In this document: piece by piece, positions 37,146-46,274 of the stretch | Layout: the number at the start of each line of letters is the position of its first letter | How positions within the stretch are numbered: the stretch's first letter is position 1 | Assembly: GCA_944390945.1 (NCBI GenBank) | Contig: CALXRV010000011.1 | Location: 37,977 to 101,976, forward strand | Source of the DNA: an uncultured Clostridia bacterium | Lineage (GTDB): Bacteria; Bacillota; Dehalobacteriia; UBA4068 | Direction: 5' to 3' | Length of the DNA: 64,000 bases | Translations under genes and position numbers: made by a program | Notes under the pieces: generated by a model | The model's database searches: none | What the model was told of the DNA's origin: nothing | The model's input: the letters and a program-made list of their open reading frames with translations, nothing else

Positions 37146-37610
37146 CTACTGTTCCGACGGCTCGGCCTTTTGCGCGGCCTCCAGAGCGGAGAGCAGCTTG
37201 ACCACGGCGTCTATGATCGCTTCCGGCCGTGCAGCGCAGCCCGGCACATAAGCGTCGACCGGTATGACGGAATCGATGCCGCCACTCACACAGTAGCAGC
37301 CATCAAAGATGCCGCCGGTGCAGGCACAGGTACCTACAGCCACCACAAATTTCGGCTCTGGCATTTGTTCATAAATCTGTTTCAGACGATCCCGCGTCTG
37401 CAGGGTAACGGCACCCGTGCAAACCAACACATCTGAATGGCGCGGCGTCCCCTGCTGCAGAATGCCGAAGCGCTCCAGATCATAGCGGGGGGTTAGCGCA
37501 TCCACGACTTCGATATCACAGCCATTGCAGGCGCCGGCATTAAAATGAATGATCCACGGCGATTTGCGGCGCCCCCAATCCACCGCGCGTTCCAAAATAT
37601 TTTTCGCCAT
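37146..37610 (-). CDS. Group 4 [NiFe]-hydrogenase small subunit (NuoB/EchC/MbhJ-like)
   Basis: Proximal-cluster cysteines CNGCDIE...GTCACTGG...C. 154 aa. Confidence 0.85.
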   Translation of the reverse strand: MAKNILERAVDWGRRKSPWIIHFNAGACNGCDIEVVDALTPRYDLERFGILQQGTPRHSDVLVCTGAVTLQTRDRLKQIYEQMPEPKFVVAVGTCACTGGIFDGCYCVSGGIDSVIPVDAYVPGCAARPEAIIDAVVKLLSALEAAQKAEPSEQ

Positions 37611-37613
37611 AAT

Positions 37614-37934
37614 TTACCTCCGGAAGATGATCAGCAGCGCCAGCACGCCGGCAGCCACATATAACAATGGCAACGTCAGCGCATCAGCCGGTGCGGTGGC
37701 CACGACAAGCACCAAAACGTGCATTACGGTGAAGAAAAAGGCATACGGATAAAATTGCCCGTAATCCGGCACAACATTATGCGTCACATTCCGCTGGCCG
37801 CAGGCATAAGATTCCAGCTTGCGCTGGCTATCCTTACCCGGCGCAGCAAGCGAGGCTGCCAGATAGGAGAGGATCAGGCCCACCAACAGCAGCACGAGCA
37901 GCGCCAGCGGCGGCGAAAGCAAGATCTGCGTCAT
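37614..37934 (-). CDS. Small membrane subunit, NuoA-like (MbhI-like)
   Basis: 106 aa, 3 TM. KLESYACGQ resembles the NuoA ExYECG motif. Confidence 0.55.
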   Translation of the reverse strand: MTQILLSPPLALLVLLLVGLILSYLAASLAAPGKDSQRKLESYACGQRNVTHNVVPDYGQFYPYAFFFTVMHVLVLVVATAPADALTLPLLYVAAGVLALLIIFRR

Positions 37935-37948
37935 AACAATTTTCCCTC

Positions 37949-38257
37949 CTAACCGTTCAGTCTATTCAGCTTGCGGATATCCAGATCGCCATTGTGCCGG
38001 TAAATGCGGATGGCAATACCCGCCGCCACTACGGCTACGACGACCTCGATCACGATGACAGTGACGATAAAAGCCTGCGGCAGCAACTCGCTGCCATTGA
38101 TATATCCGGCCAGGATCAGCAGCAGCGTAATCGCCTTCATCACGATCTCCACCGCAATGATGATGCGAATCAGATTATTTGTCCGCACCAGCATGAACAA
38201 GCCAGTAACGATCAGCAGAAACGCTGTAACCAGCATGGCCATAGTCAATGTATTCAT
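37949..38257 (-). CDS. MrpC/MnhC/NuoK-like membrane subunit
   Basis: 102 aa, 3 TM, with an MrpC-like sequence (LIRIIIAVEIVMKAITLLLI...). Confidence 0.7.
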   Translation of the reverse strand: MNTLTMAMLVTAFLLIVTGLFMLVRTNNLIRIIIAVEIVMKAITLLLILAGYINGSELLPQAFIVTVIVIEVVVAVVAAGIAIRIYRHNGDLDIRKLNRLNG

Positions 38258-38754
38258 GCCTTATCACTCTCCTTGAACAGGATTGCCACGGCAAAAGCGC
38301 CAGCCAGGATCACGATGATCTGGCCCAGAACATCCGCCTGACGCATATTCCACAACACATCCTTAAAGCTCAAGCCCACCAGCGCAGCATTGGCCTGCGG
38401 CTCGATATGGAAACCGGTCGCCGCAATCACTACCATCAGCATCATGCCGGTTGCAATCAAAATAAACGGCAACCCCGCCACACGTTTACGGTGTTCCTCC
38501 TCGTTCTCCGGCTGATGGCGCGAGGTGGAAGTCAGGCTGATCGCGCTGGCAAAAACAACCGTAACCAAACCGGCACAGACCGAAAGCTCAAATAAAGCTG
38601 CCCAGGTTGCTCCCATTAGATAAAGGACACAGGCGAGCAATGCGCTGACCACGGCCAAGGAAACGGCACATTTCAGCATGCTGCGAAACATGGCACAGGC
38701 GATGGCGGCGATCACGATGAAAGCTAGACAGATGAGCAAAATCGTTTCGTTCAT
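38254..38754 (-). CDS. MrpB-like membrane subunit
   Basis: 166-aa, 4-5 TM protein in the Mrp module. Overlaps neighbours by 4 nt. Confidence 0.55.
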   Translation of the reverse strand: MNETILLICLAFIVIAAIACAMFRSMLKCAVSLAVVSALLACVLYLMGATWAALFELSVCAGLVTVVFASAISLTSTSRHQPENEEEHRKRVAGLPFILIATGMMLMVVIAATGFHIEPQANAALVGLSFKDVLWNMRQADVLGQIIVILAGAFAVAILFKESDKA

Positions 38755-38769
38755 ATCACCACACCTCCC

Positions 38770-40242
38770 TTAAAGCAGGCCCTGCGCCTGCAGGATCTGC
38801 AGCAGAACAGGGAACAGCAGACCGACAACAACGGTAACGGCAGAAAGCGCAACCGCAGAAACAGCAATGCCGCCGCGTGCTTCCTTAACCGTGCTAAGAT
38901 GCTCTTCCACCGGGCCAAAGAACACCTTCCGCTGCAGGCGGAGAAAATAAGCAGCCGTAAGGATACTGGCAACCAGAGCGATTCCCGCGATCAGCGGACC
39001 GCCAGCCTGCCAGGCTGCAATAATGATCAACAACTTGCTCCAGAAACCGGCCAGCGGCGGAATGCCCGCGGTGGAAAGAAAGGCAAGTACGCTGGAAACC
39101 CCAGTCACCGGCATCTGCTTCTGCAAGCCCCCCAGACGTTCAATCTCTGTCGTACCGGTCTGGCGTTCCACAGCAGCGGAATTGACGAACAGGGTTGTTT
39201 TGAAGGTGGCATGGTTAAAGAAGTGCAGCACCGCACCGATCAAGCCGATCATGCTGCCGGTGGAAGCGCCAAGCACGATATAGCCGATCTGGCTAATGCT
39301 GGAATAGGCAAGGATCCGCTTGAAATCCCCCTGCGCAATCGCAGCCAGCGCACCCATAACGATAGAAAGCAGCCCCAGCAACATGAAGGCCAGGTTGATC
39401 ACCGAATAAGTACCCAGCAGGAAATCGCTCATGATGCGGATGATCGCATAAACACCGGCCATTTTGGTCACGATGCCACCCAACACAACCGAAACAGGTG
39501 CCGGCGCGCTCTGGTAGGCGTCAGGCAGCCAGCCGTGGAACGGCACAATACCGGATTTGATGGAAAAGCCTGCGATCAGGAACAGGAATGCCAACCAGAT
39601 CAGCATTGGCTCTGCAGCGGTATTGCCTGCCAACATCTCAGCCACAGCGTCATAACGCAGGCTGCCCGTCTCCATATAGATAAAGGACAAGCCGGCCAGG
39701 ATAAACGCGGAAGCAACAGCGCTCATCACCAAATATTTGAATGAACCTTCCAGTCCGATGATATCGCGATGCAGCGCAATCAAGACAAAACTGGCGATAC
39801 CGGTGATTTCAAGGAATACATAAAGCGAGAAAAGATCCGTTACCAATGCGATGCCTGACATCCCCAGAACCAGGATGAGCATCACATTCGTATAATTGAA
39901 CATCTTTTCTTCCCGCATGCCGGCAGCAGTCAGGAAAGAAGCGGCTGTCACCATACCGATGCAGAACAGCACGATCGCCGAAATGGCATCCACAGAGAAA
40001 TACGCAGCCTCCGTGGAAACGCTCATATCCCAGAACTGGGAAAAATTGACCGCCGCCTTGTTATACTGCAACAGCAGGAGCATCGTGATTACCGAAGTCA
40101 CGGCCTGCACCACCCCGACCGCACAGCCGATGGGGGCGCAGAACTTTTCCATATGCTTTTTGCCAATCAGATTCAGCACCACGATGGCAAGCAGGGGAAA
40201 TCCGATGTACGTATAGATCAGGGATGTAAAGGATGCGGACAT
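38770..40242 (-). CDS. Antiporter-like subunit (MrpD/NuoN/MbhH-like)
   Basis: 490-aa polytopic protein of the NuoL/M/N superfamily. Confidence 0.8.
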   Translation of the reverse strand: MSASFTSLIYTYIGFPLLAIVVLNLIGKKHMEKFCAPIGCAVGVVQAVTSVITMLLLLQYNKAAVNFSQFWDMSVSTEAAYFSVDAISAIVLFCIGMVTAASFLTAAGMREEKMFNYTNVMLILVLGMSGIALVTDLFSLYVFLEITGIASFVLIALHRDIIGLEGSFKYLVMSAVASAFILAGLSFIYMETGSLRYDAVAEMLAGNTAAEPMLIWLAFLFLIAGFSIKSGIVPFHGWLPDAYQSAPAPVSVVLGGIVTKMAGVYAIIRIMSDFLLGTYSVINLAFMLLGLLSIVMGALAAIAQGDFKRILAYSSISQIGYIVLGASTGSMIGLIGAVLHFFNHATFKTTLFVNSAAVERQTGTTEIERLGGLQKQMPVTGVSSVLAFLSTAGIPPLAGFWSKLLIIIAAWQAGGPLIAGIALVASILTAAYFLRLQRKVFFGPVEEHLSTVKEARGGIAVSAVALSAVTVVVGLLFPVLLQILQAQGLL

Positions 40243-40256
40243 TCAAATCACCCCTT

Positions 40257-42140
40257 TCATATCAATAGCACGAATAACAATACCAGGAAAGCAAGGCCAA
40301 TGAAAGAACGCACCATGTAACCGGCCACGTCCCCGGTATTGAAATTCTTCAGCGACTGCGAGAAAAAGCTGGTCAGACGGACAAGCAGCACATCGTAGAT
40401 CCAGTTGATGGCGCGGTCAATGCAATAGCAGAGCCAGGCATAGATACGGACAAATACCATCAGGATATCAAACGGATCAAAATAATGCTGTTCCGCGCAG
40501 TGATAAAGCTGACGCAGGCCGGGCGCATAATGGATATGATCCACCGCCTTAATCCCTTCACCGGTCATCCGGTAACCAATGATATGGTTGATAATCGCCA
40601 GCAGCAACACAGCAAGGGAAATCAGAACCAGCGTCATCGAATGCGGCCAACCGGCGAAATCTTGTCCGGCCAACGTATCACCAAGCAAGGGTTGGATCAT
40701 ATCCAGCGGCAGCCGGTTCCAGACGCCGAACACGACGCAGGCAGCTGCCAGCACGACCATCGGCAGCAGCATAGCGGCAGGCGCTTCCCGGACATCTTCT
40801 TTTTTCACATCATCCGGCAATTTGGTCGGGCCGAAGAAAGCCGCATGGCCAAGTTTCAGGAAAGAAGCCGCGGTCATGAAGGCGCCGACAACGGCAATCA
40901 CATAAAATACCGTGTGTGACTCGATCGCCGCATCAAACACCAATTCCTTGGAAAAGAAACCGTTGAACGGCGGTACGCCGGCAATGGAAAGCGCCGCGAT
41001 GATAAAGCATAACCCGGTCAGCGGCATCATCTTGCCCAAGCCACCGACACGCTTCAGATCCGTCGTGCCAGTTGCCCGTTCGATCGCACCGGCGGAAAGG
41101 AAGAGGCAGCATTTATACAGGGCATTGTTTACCATATGGAATAACCCGCCGACAATACCCACGGGAAGTGCGGTACCGATGCCGAGTATCATATAGCCGA
41201 CCTGGCTGATCGCATGGAAAGAGAGCAGGCGCTTCATATCTTTCTGAATCAATGCCATCGACACGGCAAAGAACAGCGTAACCGCACCGATAATCATCAC
41301 CACCAGGCTCATCGTGCTGCCAGGCTGCAGATCATAAAAATCAAGCACGATACGGGTCAGCAAATAAATGCCTAGCATTTTCTCCAGGGCTGCGGGCAAC
41401 AGCGCCATGAAGGGCAGCGGTGCATCATTTGCTGCATCTGGGATCCAGCTGTGGAATGGCATAGACCCCGCTTTGCCGATCGCGCCAGCCAACATGCAGA
41501 GGAAGCCAACCGCACCAATGCCGCTTACCGACAGATCGTTGACCGCATCCATCATCATGGTACCTGCGTGCATGCAGGTCATTGCGATGCCCAGCATCAG
41601 CAGCAAATCGGCCGTACCGCTGAGCACGATCGCCTTCACTGCCGTCCGCACATTATCCTTGTTAACCAACACCAGCATGCCAAACAGGGAAACCAGCAAG
41701 CCTTCCCAGAAGAAGAGCATGACCACAAAATTGTTGGCCAAAAAAGCACCGTTGGCCAGCGCCAGCGTCAGCAGATAGTAGAAGAAGAACTGACCGGCAT
41801 ATTCTTTCCGCCGCAGGAAGGAAACGCTATAAAGGCCGACCAGAAAGACGATGATCGCCGCGGCAATGACGATAAAGCGGGAAAAATCATAGATGCGCAG
41901 CGCCAGATTAATCTCGAATCCCGCCCAGGGAATCAGCATTGTGGCATCCGGCGCGCGGAACACACCAAAGGCAAAGATCAAATTGGCCACGACCGCCAGA
42001 ACAAATACACCGGCCTTCGCCGCATAACTTTGTTTCGGGATCGCCAAGCAAAGCAGCGCCAATACAAAGGGGAGCAGTATCATCACATAAAGCAGGTTCA
42101 TACCGCTGCCTACAGTCAAGAAAGCTGAGATACCGTTCAC
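40257..42140 (-). CDS. Antiporter-like subunit (MrpA/NuoL-like), GTG start
   Basis: 627-aa NuoL-family protein. GTG start with GGGGAGGTGG SD. Confidence 0.8.
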   Translation of the reverse strand: MNGISAFLTVGSGMNLLYVMILLPFVLALLCLAIPKQSYAAKAGVFVLAVVANLIFAFGVFRAPDATMLIPWAGFEINLALRIYDFSRFIVIAAAIIVFLVGLYSVSFLRRKEYAGQFFFYYLLTLALANGAFLANNFVVMLFFWEGLLVSLFGMLVLVNKDNVRTAVKAIVLSGTADLLLMLGIAMTCMHAGTMMMDAVNDLSVSGIGAVGFLCMLAGAIGKAGSMPFHSWIPDAANDAPLPFMALLPAALEKMLGIYLLTRIVLDFYDLQPGSTMSLVVMIIGAVTLFFAVSMALIQKDMKRLLSFHAISQVGYMILGIGTALPVGIVGGLFHMVNNALYKCCLFLSAGAIERATGTTDLKRVGGLGKMMPLTGLCFIIAALSIAGVPPFNGFFSKELVFDAAIESHTVFYVIAVVGAFMTAASFLKLGHAAFFGPTKLPDDVKKEDVREAPAAMLLPMVVLAAACVVFGVWNRLPLDMIQPLLGDTLAGQDFAGWPHSMTLVLISLAVLLLAIINHIIGYRMTGEGIKAVDHIHYAPGLRQLYHCAEQHYFDPFDILMVFVRIYAWLCYCIDRAINWIYDVLLVRLTSFFSQSLKNFNTGDVAGYMVRSFIGLAFLVLLFVLLI

Positions 42141-42141
42141 A

Positions 42142-43569
42142 TTACCACCTCCCCATAGATTCTACAATAAAGGAAACCAGGCCGGATGGAATATTAATGA
42201 AGATGCCGGCCAGCAGAGAAAGCAGCCCAAGGAGCGCAACGGAAGAGACCATTTCCCAACTGCCTTCCTTCAGGTCAGGATGCGTCAGCTTGCCGAAGAA
42301 GACCTTGACATAAACGCGCAGCAGATAGATGACCGTCATCACCGCACCTGCGATGAACACCGGTGCCATCCAAGGCACACCGCTCTGTACCGCGCCGTTG
42401 ATCACCATGTATTTGGAGAAGAAACCACCAAAGGGCGGCAGTCCCATTACGGAAAAAGCACACAACGCAAAGGATACCGCTGTCACCGGCAAACGCCTAG
42501 CCAGGCCGGCCATCTGACGAATATCCTTTGTATGCGTGCTATGTTCAACAATACCGGCGCAAAGGAAGAGACCACCCTTGGCCAGCGAATGCATCAGAAT
42601 ATAAAGCAACCCACCGGCAGCGCCGACCATCGTGCCACAGGAAAGGCCAAGCAGGATGAATGCCAGCTGACTGACGGTAGAATATGCAATGATCCGTTTG
42701 ATATCGTTTTCCACCAATGCCGCCCCGGCGGAAACCAGCGCAGATACTGCGGCAATCGCCGGCACCGCAACCTCCCAGACCGGCTCCAGCTGGAAATTGA
42801 CCAGGAACAGACGCGCATAGACATAAACACCGATCTTCACCAGCACCGCAGCATGGAGCAGCGAGGTGACCGGAGACGGCGCAACGCCAGCATCCGGCAG
42901 CCAGGAATGCAGCGGTACAGTGGCGGATTTGGAGAGGATACCAAAGAGGATCAGAACCATGATCCAGTTATCCAGACCGCGGCCACGCAGTTCCATCAGA
43001 TCAAAGGTTCCCGCCTGGATGTAGATTGCGATAAAACCAACCAGCATCAGCAAAGCACCGCCTACTGTCACCAGGAAAGCCTTATCCGCACGGAGCACAA
43101 TATCCTTTTTGCGGTAAAAGCCAATCAAGCGCCAGCAGCAAACGGCGGAAATTTCCCAGAAACCGTAGATCAGGATCAGGTTGGTGGAGAACACCAGCCC
43201 CATCATCGCGCCAATAAACAGCACGACCATCATATAATACTCGTTCTGGTTATCATAATGCTCAATATAACCAAACGAATAAAACACGATAATCGCCGCC
43301 ACCAAAGACGATGTCAGCGCCATAAAAACGGCCAGGCCATCAGCAAAGAAACCAATGCTCATGCCCAGCGGCAGCTCCAACCGCCATAGCAGCAGTTCGC
43401 CAGCAAGCGCCTGCGGCAGCGCAAATGCAGCCGCGATGAAAGCGGTCAAGACGAACAGCAGGGCTGCGATGTTCCGAATGCCGGTGCTAATCCTACCCAA
43501 AATGGGTAATAGGAAAGCGCCCAGCAGAGGAACGAAAATGCAGACAAGCAAAACTCCTGAACCCTCCAT
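42142..43569 (-). CDS. Antiporter-like subunit (MrpD/NuoM-like); first gene of the hydrogenase operon
   Basis: 475-aa NuoM-family protein. SD GAAGGAGAGAAAGGA. Confidence 0.8.
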   Translation of the reverse strand: MEGSGVLLVCIFVPLLGAFLLPILGRISTGIRNIAALLFVLTAFIAAAFALPQALAGELLLWRLELPLGMSIGFFADGLAVFMALTSSLVAAIIVFYSFGYIEHYDNQNEYYMMVVLFIGAMMGLVFSTNLILIYGFWEISAVCCWRLIGFYRKKDIVLRADKAFLVTVGGALLMLVGFIAIYIQAGTFDLMELRGRGLDNWIMVLILFGILSKSATVPLHSWLPDAGVAPSPVTSLLHAAVLVKIGVYVYARLFLVNFQLEPVWEVAVPAIAAVSALVSAGAALVENDIKRIIAYSTVSQLAFILLGLSCGTMVGAAGGLLYILMHSLAKGGLFLCAGIVEHSTHTKDIRQMAGLARRLPVTAVSFALCAFSVMGLPPFGGFFSKYMVINGAVQSGVPWMAPVFIAGAVMTVIYLLRVYVKVFFGKLTHPDLKEGSWEMVSSVALLGLLSLLAGIFINIPSGLVSFIVESMGRW

Positions 43570-43704
43570 TCCTTTCTCTCCTTCTCATGTATGATAAAGG
43601 CCAAAAACCATGTGAACACGCAAAAAGACCGCTATACACCCGCAGCTGTGAGAAATCAGGCAAGCGTTATAGCTAAAAATACATGACCATATAACCTATT
43701 TACC

Positions 43705-43733
43705 ATTATAATACAACAGCAGATAACTTGCAA
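43705..43733 (-). promoter_or_regulatory. Consensus promoter for the hydrogenase operon: -35 TTGCAA (43733-43728), 17 nt, -10 TATAAT (43710-43705)
   Basis: Minus-strand reading gives TTGCAAgttatctgctgttgtatTATAAT about 135 nt upstream of the first ATG. Confidence 0.6.
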
Positions 43734-43896
43734 GCTACTGCACTGAAAATGCTCCAATTTGAAAAATAGAACAAACTCCTCTTAAAAACAGTCTAATATT
43801 AAGAAATAACCTAACAGCTAAATAAATATATCAAATGCAAATCCTGCCACCCTGCTTATGCTGCACATCAGAACCGTTCATCTGTTCCGTGGTCAT

Positions 43897-44907
43897 TCAG
43901 CAAATGCGCGGCAACAACTCCCCTGCCGGCATATCGACAAAACGACGCGCACCATATGGCGTATCGATCGTAACACGTCCGCCAGCCTGTCCCACGCTGC
44001 CGATCAGCGCAGCCCGCCTGCCCAATGGATGCGCCTGCAGAGCTGCCAGCGCAGCCTGCGCATGCCCGACCGGTACAGCAGCCACCAATTTTCCTTCATT
44101 CGCCACATATAGCGGATCCAGCCCCAACAGCTCACAGGCAGCGCGTATCTGCTGCCGCACCGGCAGTGCATCCTGCTGCAAATGCAGATCCAGGCCATTC
44201 GCCTCCGCCCACTCATTTACGACAGCAGCCAAGCCACCCCGCGTCGCATCGCGCAGTGCGTGCGTGTCTGGAACCGCGGCAAGAAGTGCTTTAACCAGCC
44301 CGTTCAGCGGGGCGACATCACTTTCGATCTCCGGCGTAAACGCAAAACCTTCCCGCGCCGCCATCACCGCCATGCCATGATCGCCAAGATCGCCGGAAAC
44401 CAGCAGCGCATCTCCTGGTTGCAGGCGTTGCGGCAATGGCTGGCTGCAATCGGGAAAAATGCCGATGCCAGCCGTGTTGAGATATACTCCGTCACAGGCG
44501 CCCTTCTCCACCACCTTCGTGTCTCCGGTCACGATCGCCACGCCAGCCTCTTCCGCCGCCGCCGCCATCGAGGCACAGATCTGCCGCAGCTCGCGGAAAG
44601 GCAACCCTGCCTCCAAAATCATCGCACAGGTCAGATAGAGCGGCTGCGCACCGCTCATCGCCAAATCATTCACCGTTCCGCAGACCGCCAGACGCCCCAG
44701 ATCTCCACCCGGGAAAAAACGCGGCCGGACAACAAAGCTATCTGTCGTCATCGCCAGCCGGCTACCTGCGACCGGGCAGATGGCAGAATCATTCAATTCC
44801 CGCAAAAATGGATTATCAAACGCAGGCAGGAACACCTCCTCCACCAACTGGTGATAAGATCTGCCACCGCTGCCATGTGCCAAAGTGACCGTTGCCTCTC
44901 CCGTCAT
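43897..44907 (-). CDS. hypE: Hydrogenase maturation protein HypE
   Basis: MTGEATVTLAHGSGGRSYHQLVEEVF... and the C-terminal PRIC motif. Confidence 0.9.
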   Translation of the reverse strand: MTGEATVTLAHGSGGRSYHQLVEEVFLPAFDNPFLRELNDSAICPVAGSRLAMTTDSFVVRPRFFPGGDLGRLAVCGTVNDLAMSGAQPLYLTCAMILEAGLPFRELRQICASMAAAAEEAGVAIVTGDTKVVEKGACDGVYLNTAGIGIFPDCSQPLPQRLQPGDALLVSGDLGDHGMAVMAAREGFAFTPEIESDVAPLNGLVKALLAAVPDTHALRDATRGGLAAVVNEWAEANGLDLHLQQDALPVRQQIRAACELLGLDPLYVANEGKLVAAVPVGHAQAALAALQAHPLGRRAALIGSVGQAGGRVTIDTPYGARRFVDMPAGELLPRIC

Positions 44908-44964
44908 CTTCCCGCTCCACTCCTTTCCACCTTTCGACGATCTTCCGTCCGCTGTCAGCCGCTC

Positions 44965-46056
44965 TCAGGACGTTGGGCGATAGCGGTATGCCGCTGCGCA
45001 AGCCCCCTCGCTGGAAACCATACAGGCACCTGCAGGATGCTGCGGGTCACATGCCCTGGCAAACAGCGGGCAATCCACCGGCGCAGCTTCCCCGCGCAGC
45101 ACAGCACCGCAACGGCAGGCAGGATGATCCTCCCGCCGAGGCGCGGCAGCCACCGCCGCGGCAAAACGTGTTAAAGCATCAAACTCCTGATAGGCTGGCC
45201 GCAAGGCCAGTCCGCTGCCAGGGATATCCCCCAGACCACGCCATACCGCATCGCAGGGCTGGAACACGGCATCCAGCGCGGCGCGTGCTGCCCGATTCCC
45301 CGTTGCCGTCACCACATGTGGATAACAATTTACCAATACCGGAGCCTGCTGCGGCATCATATGCACCAGGGCAAGCACTGCGCGCAGGATCGCCACTGCG
45401 GTAAATCCAGCGATAGCAGCACCTTTTCCCAATTCCTGGGGAACAAAGGCAAAAGCATCCGCTCCGGTAACCGCAGCGACATGTCCAGGGCAGAGCAAAG
45501 CGTCGATCGCTGCGCTGTCCTTCAACAGCCGGCGCAGCGCGGCAGGCATCGTCTTATGTGCTGGGATCACGCTAAAATTGCGGATACCGCGCTCACGTGC
45601 AGCCTGCAATGTTGCAGCAGTCAGGGGCGCTGTCGTCTCAAACCCTACGGCAAAGAATACAATCTCTTTTTCCGGATGCTGCACCGCTAACTCCAACGCA
45701 TCAAGCGGAGAAAGTACATAGCGCACATCCGCCCCTTGATCCCGCACAGCGAGCAAACTGCTGTCGCCGGCCGGCACGCGCAGCATATCCCCAAAGCTGG
45801 TAAGCATGACCTGTGGCAATGCCGCGATGGCAAGCGCAGCCGAAATTAGCCCGCTGTCCGTAACGCAGACCGGACAGCCCGGGCCGGAGACGAGGCGAAT
45901 CTGCGGCGGCAACAGCGCACGCAGCCCATAACGGGCAATCTGCATCGTATGCGTGCCGCAGACTTCCATAATCGTCATTGGCCGCAGCGTCGCCCTGGCA
46001 ATTTCCTCCGCCAACAGGCGAACAGCAGCACGGTCGTCATGCTCTGCCCCGCTCAT
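44965..46056 (-). CDS. hypD: Hydrogenase maturation protein HypD
   Basis: CGTHTMQIARYG, GPGCPVCVTD and further HypD Cys motifs (CPVC..., CxxH). Confidence 0.9.
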   Translation of the reverse strand: MSGAEHDDRAAVRLLAEEIARATLRPMTIMEVCGTHTMQIARYGLRALLPPQIRLVSGPGCPVCVTDSGLISAALAIAALPQVMLTSFGDMLRVPAGDSSLLAVRDQGADVRYVLSPLDALELAVQHPEKEIVFFAVGFETTAPLTAATLQAARERGIRNFSVIPAHKTMPAALRRLLKDSAAIDALLCPGHVAAVTGADAFAFVPQELGKGAAIAGFTAVAILRAVLALVHMMPQQAPVLVNCYPHVVTATGNRAARAALDAVFQPCDAVWRGLGDIPGSGLALRPAYQEFDALTRFAAAVAAAPRREDHPACRCGAVLRGEAAPVDCPLFARACDPQHPAGACMVSSEGACAAAYRYRPTS

Positions 46057-46274
46057 AGCAAACCGACCTCCCGCGCCAGCTCACTCAATTCTTCTCCCTC
46101 AGCTGCAGGCAGGATCTGGATGATGAACCCGGCATGCACCAGGACAAAATCACCTGCCGCAGCTTCAGGCGCCAGGCGCGTTGAAGCCTGTTTGACCAGG
46201 CCATGGTAATCGATTTCCGCCATCTGTAGCGCTGTATCAATGCTTTGGATGCGACCTGGAATCGCAAGACACAT
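46053..46274 (-). CDS. hypC: Hydrogenase maturation protein HypC
   Basis: The MCLAIPG N-terminus is diagnostic. 73 aa. Confidence 0.9.
   Translation of the reverse strand: MCLAIPGRIQSIDTALQMAEIDYHGLVKQASTRLAPEAAAGDFVLVHAGFIIQILPAAEGEELSELAREVGLL

Noticed and set aside
42280-43389. 369-aa plus-strand ORF rich in His/Arg/Gln
   Set aside because: Antisense to the NuoM-like antiporter subunit. Low-complexity composition.
44182-45174. 330-aa plus-strand ORF
   Set aside because: Antisense to hypE and hypD.
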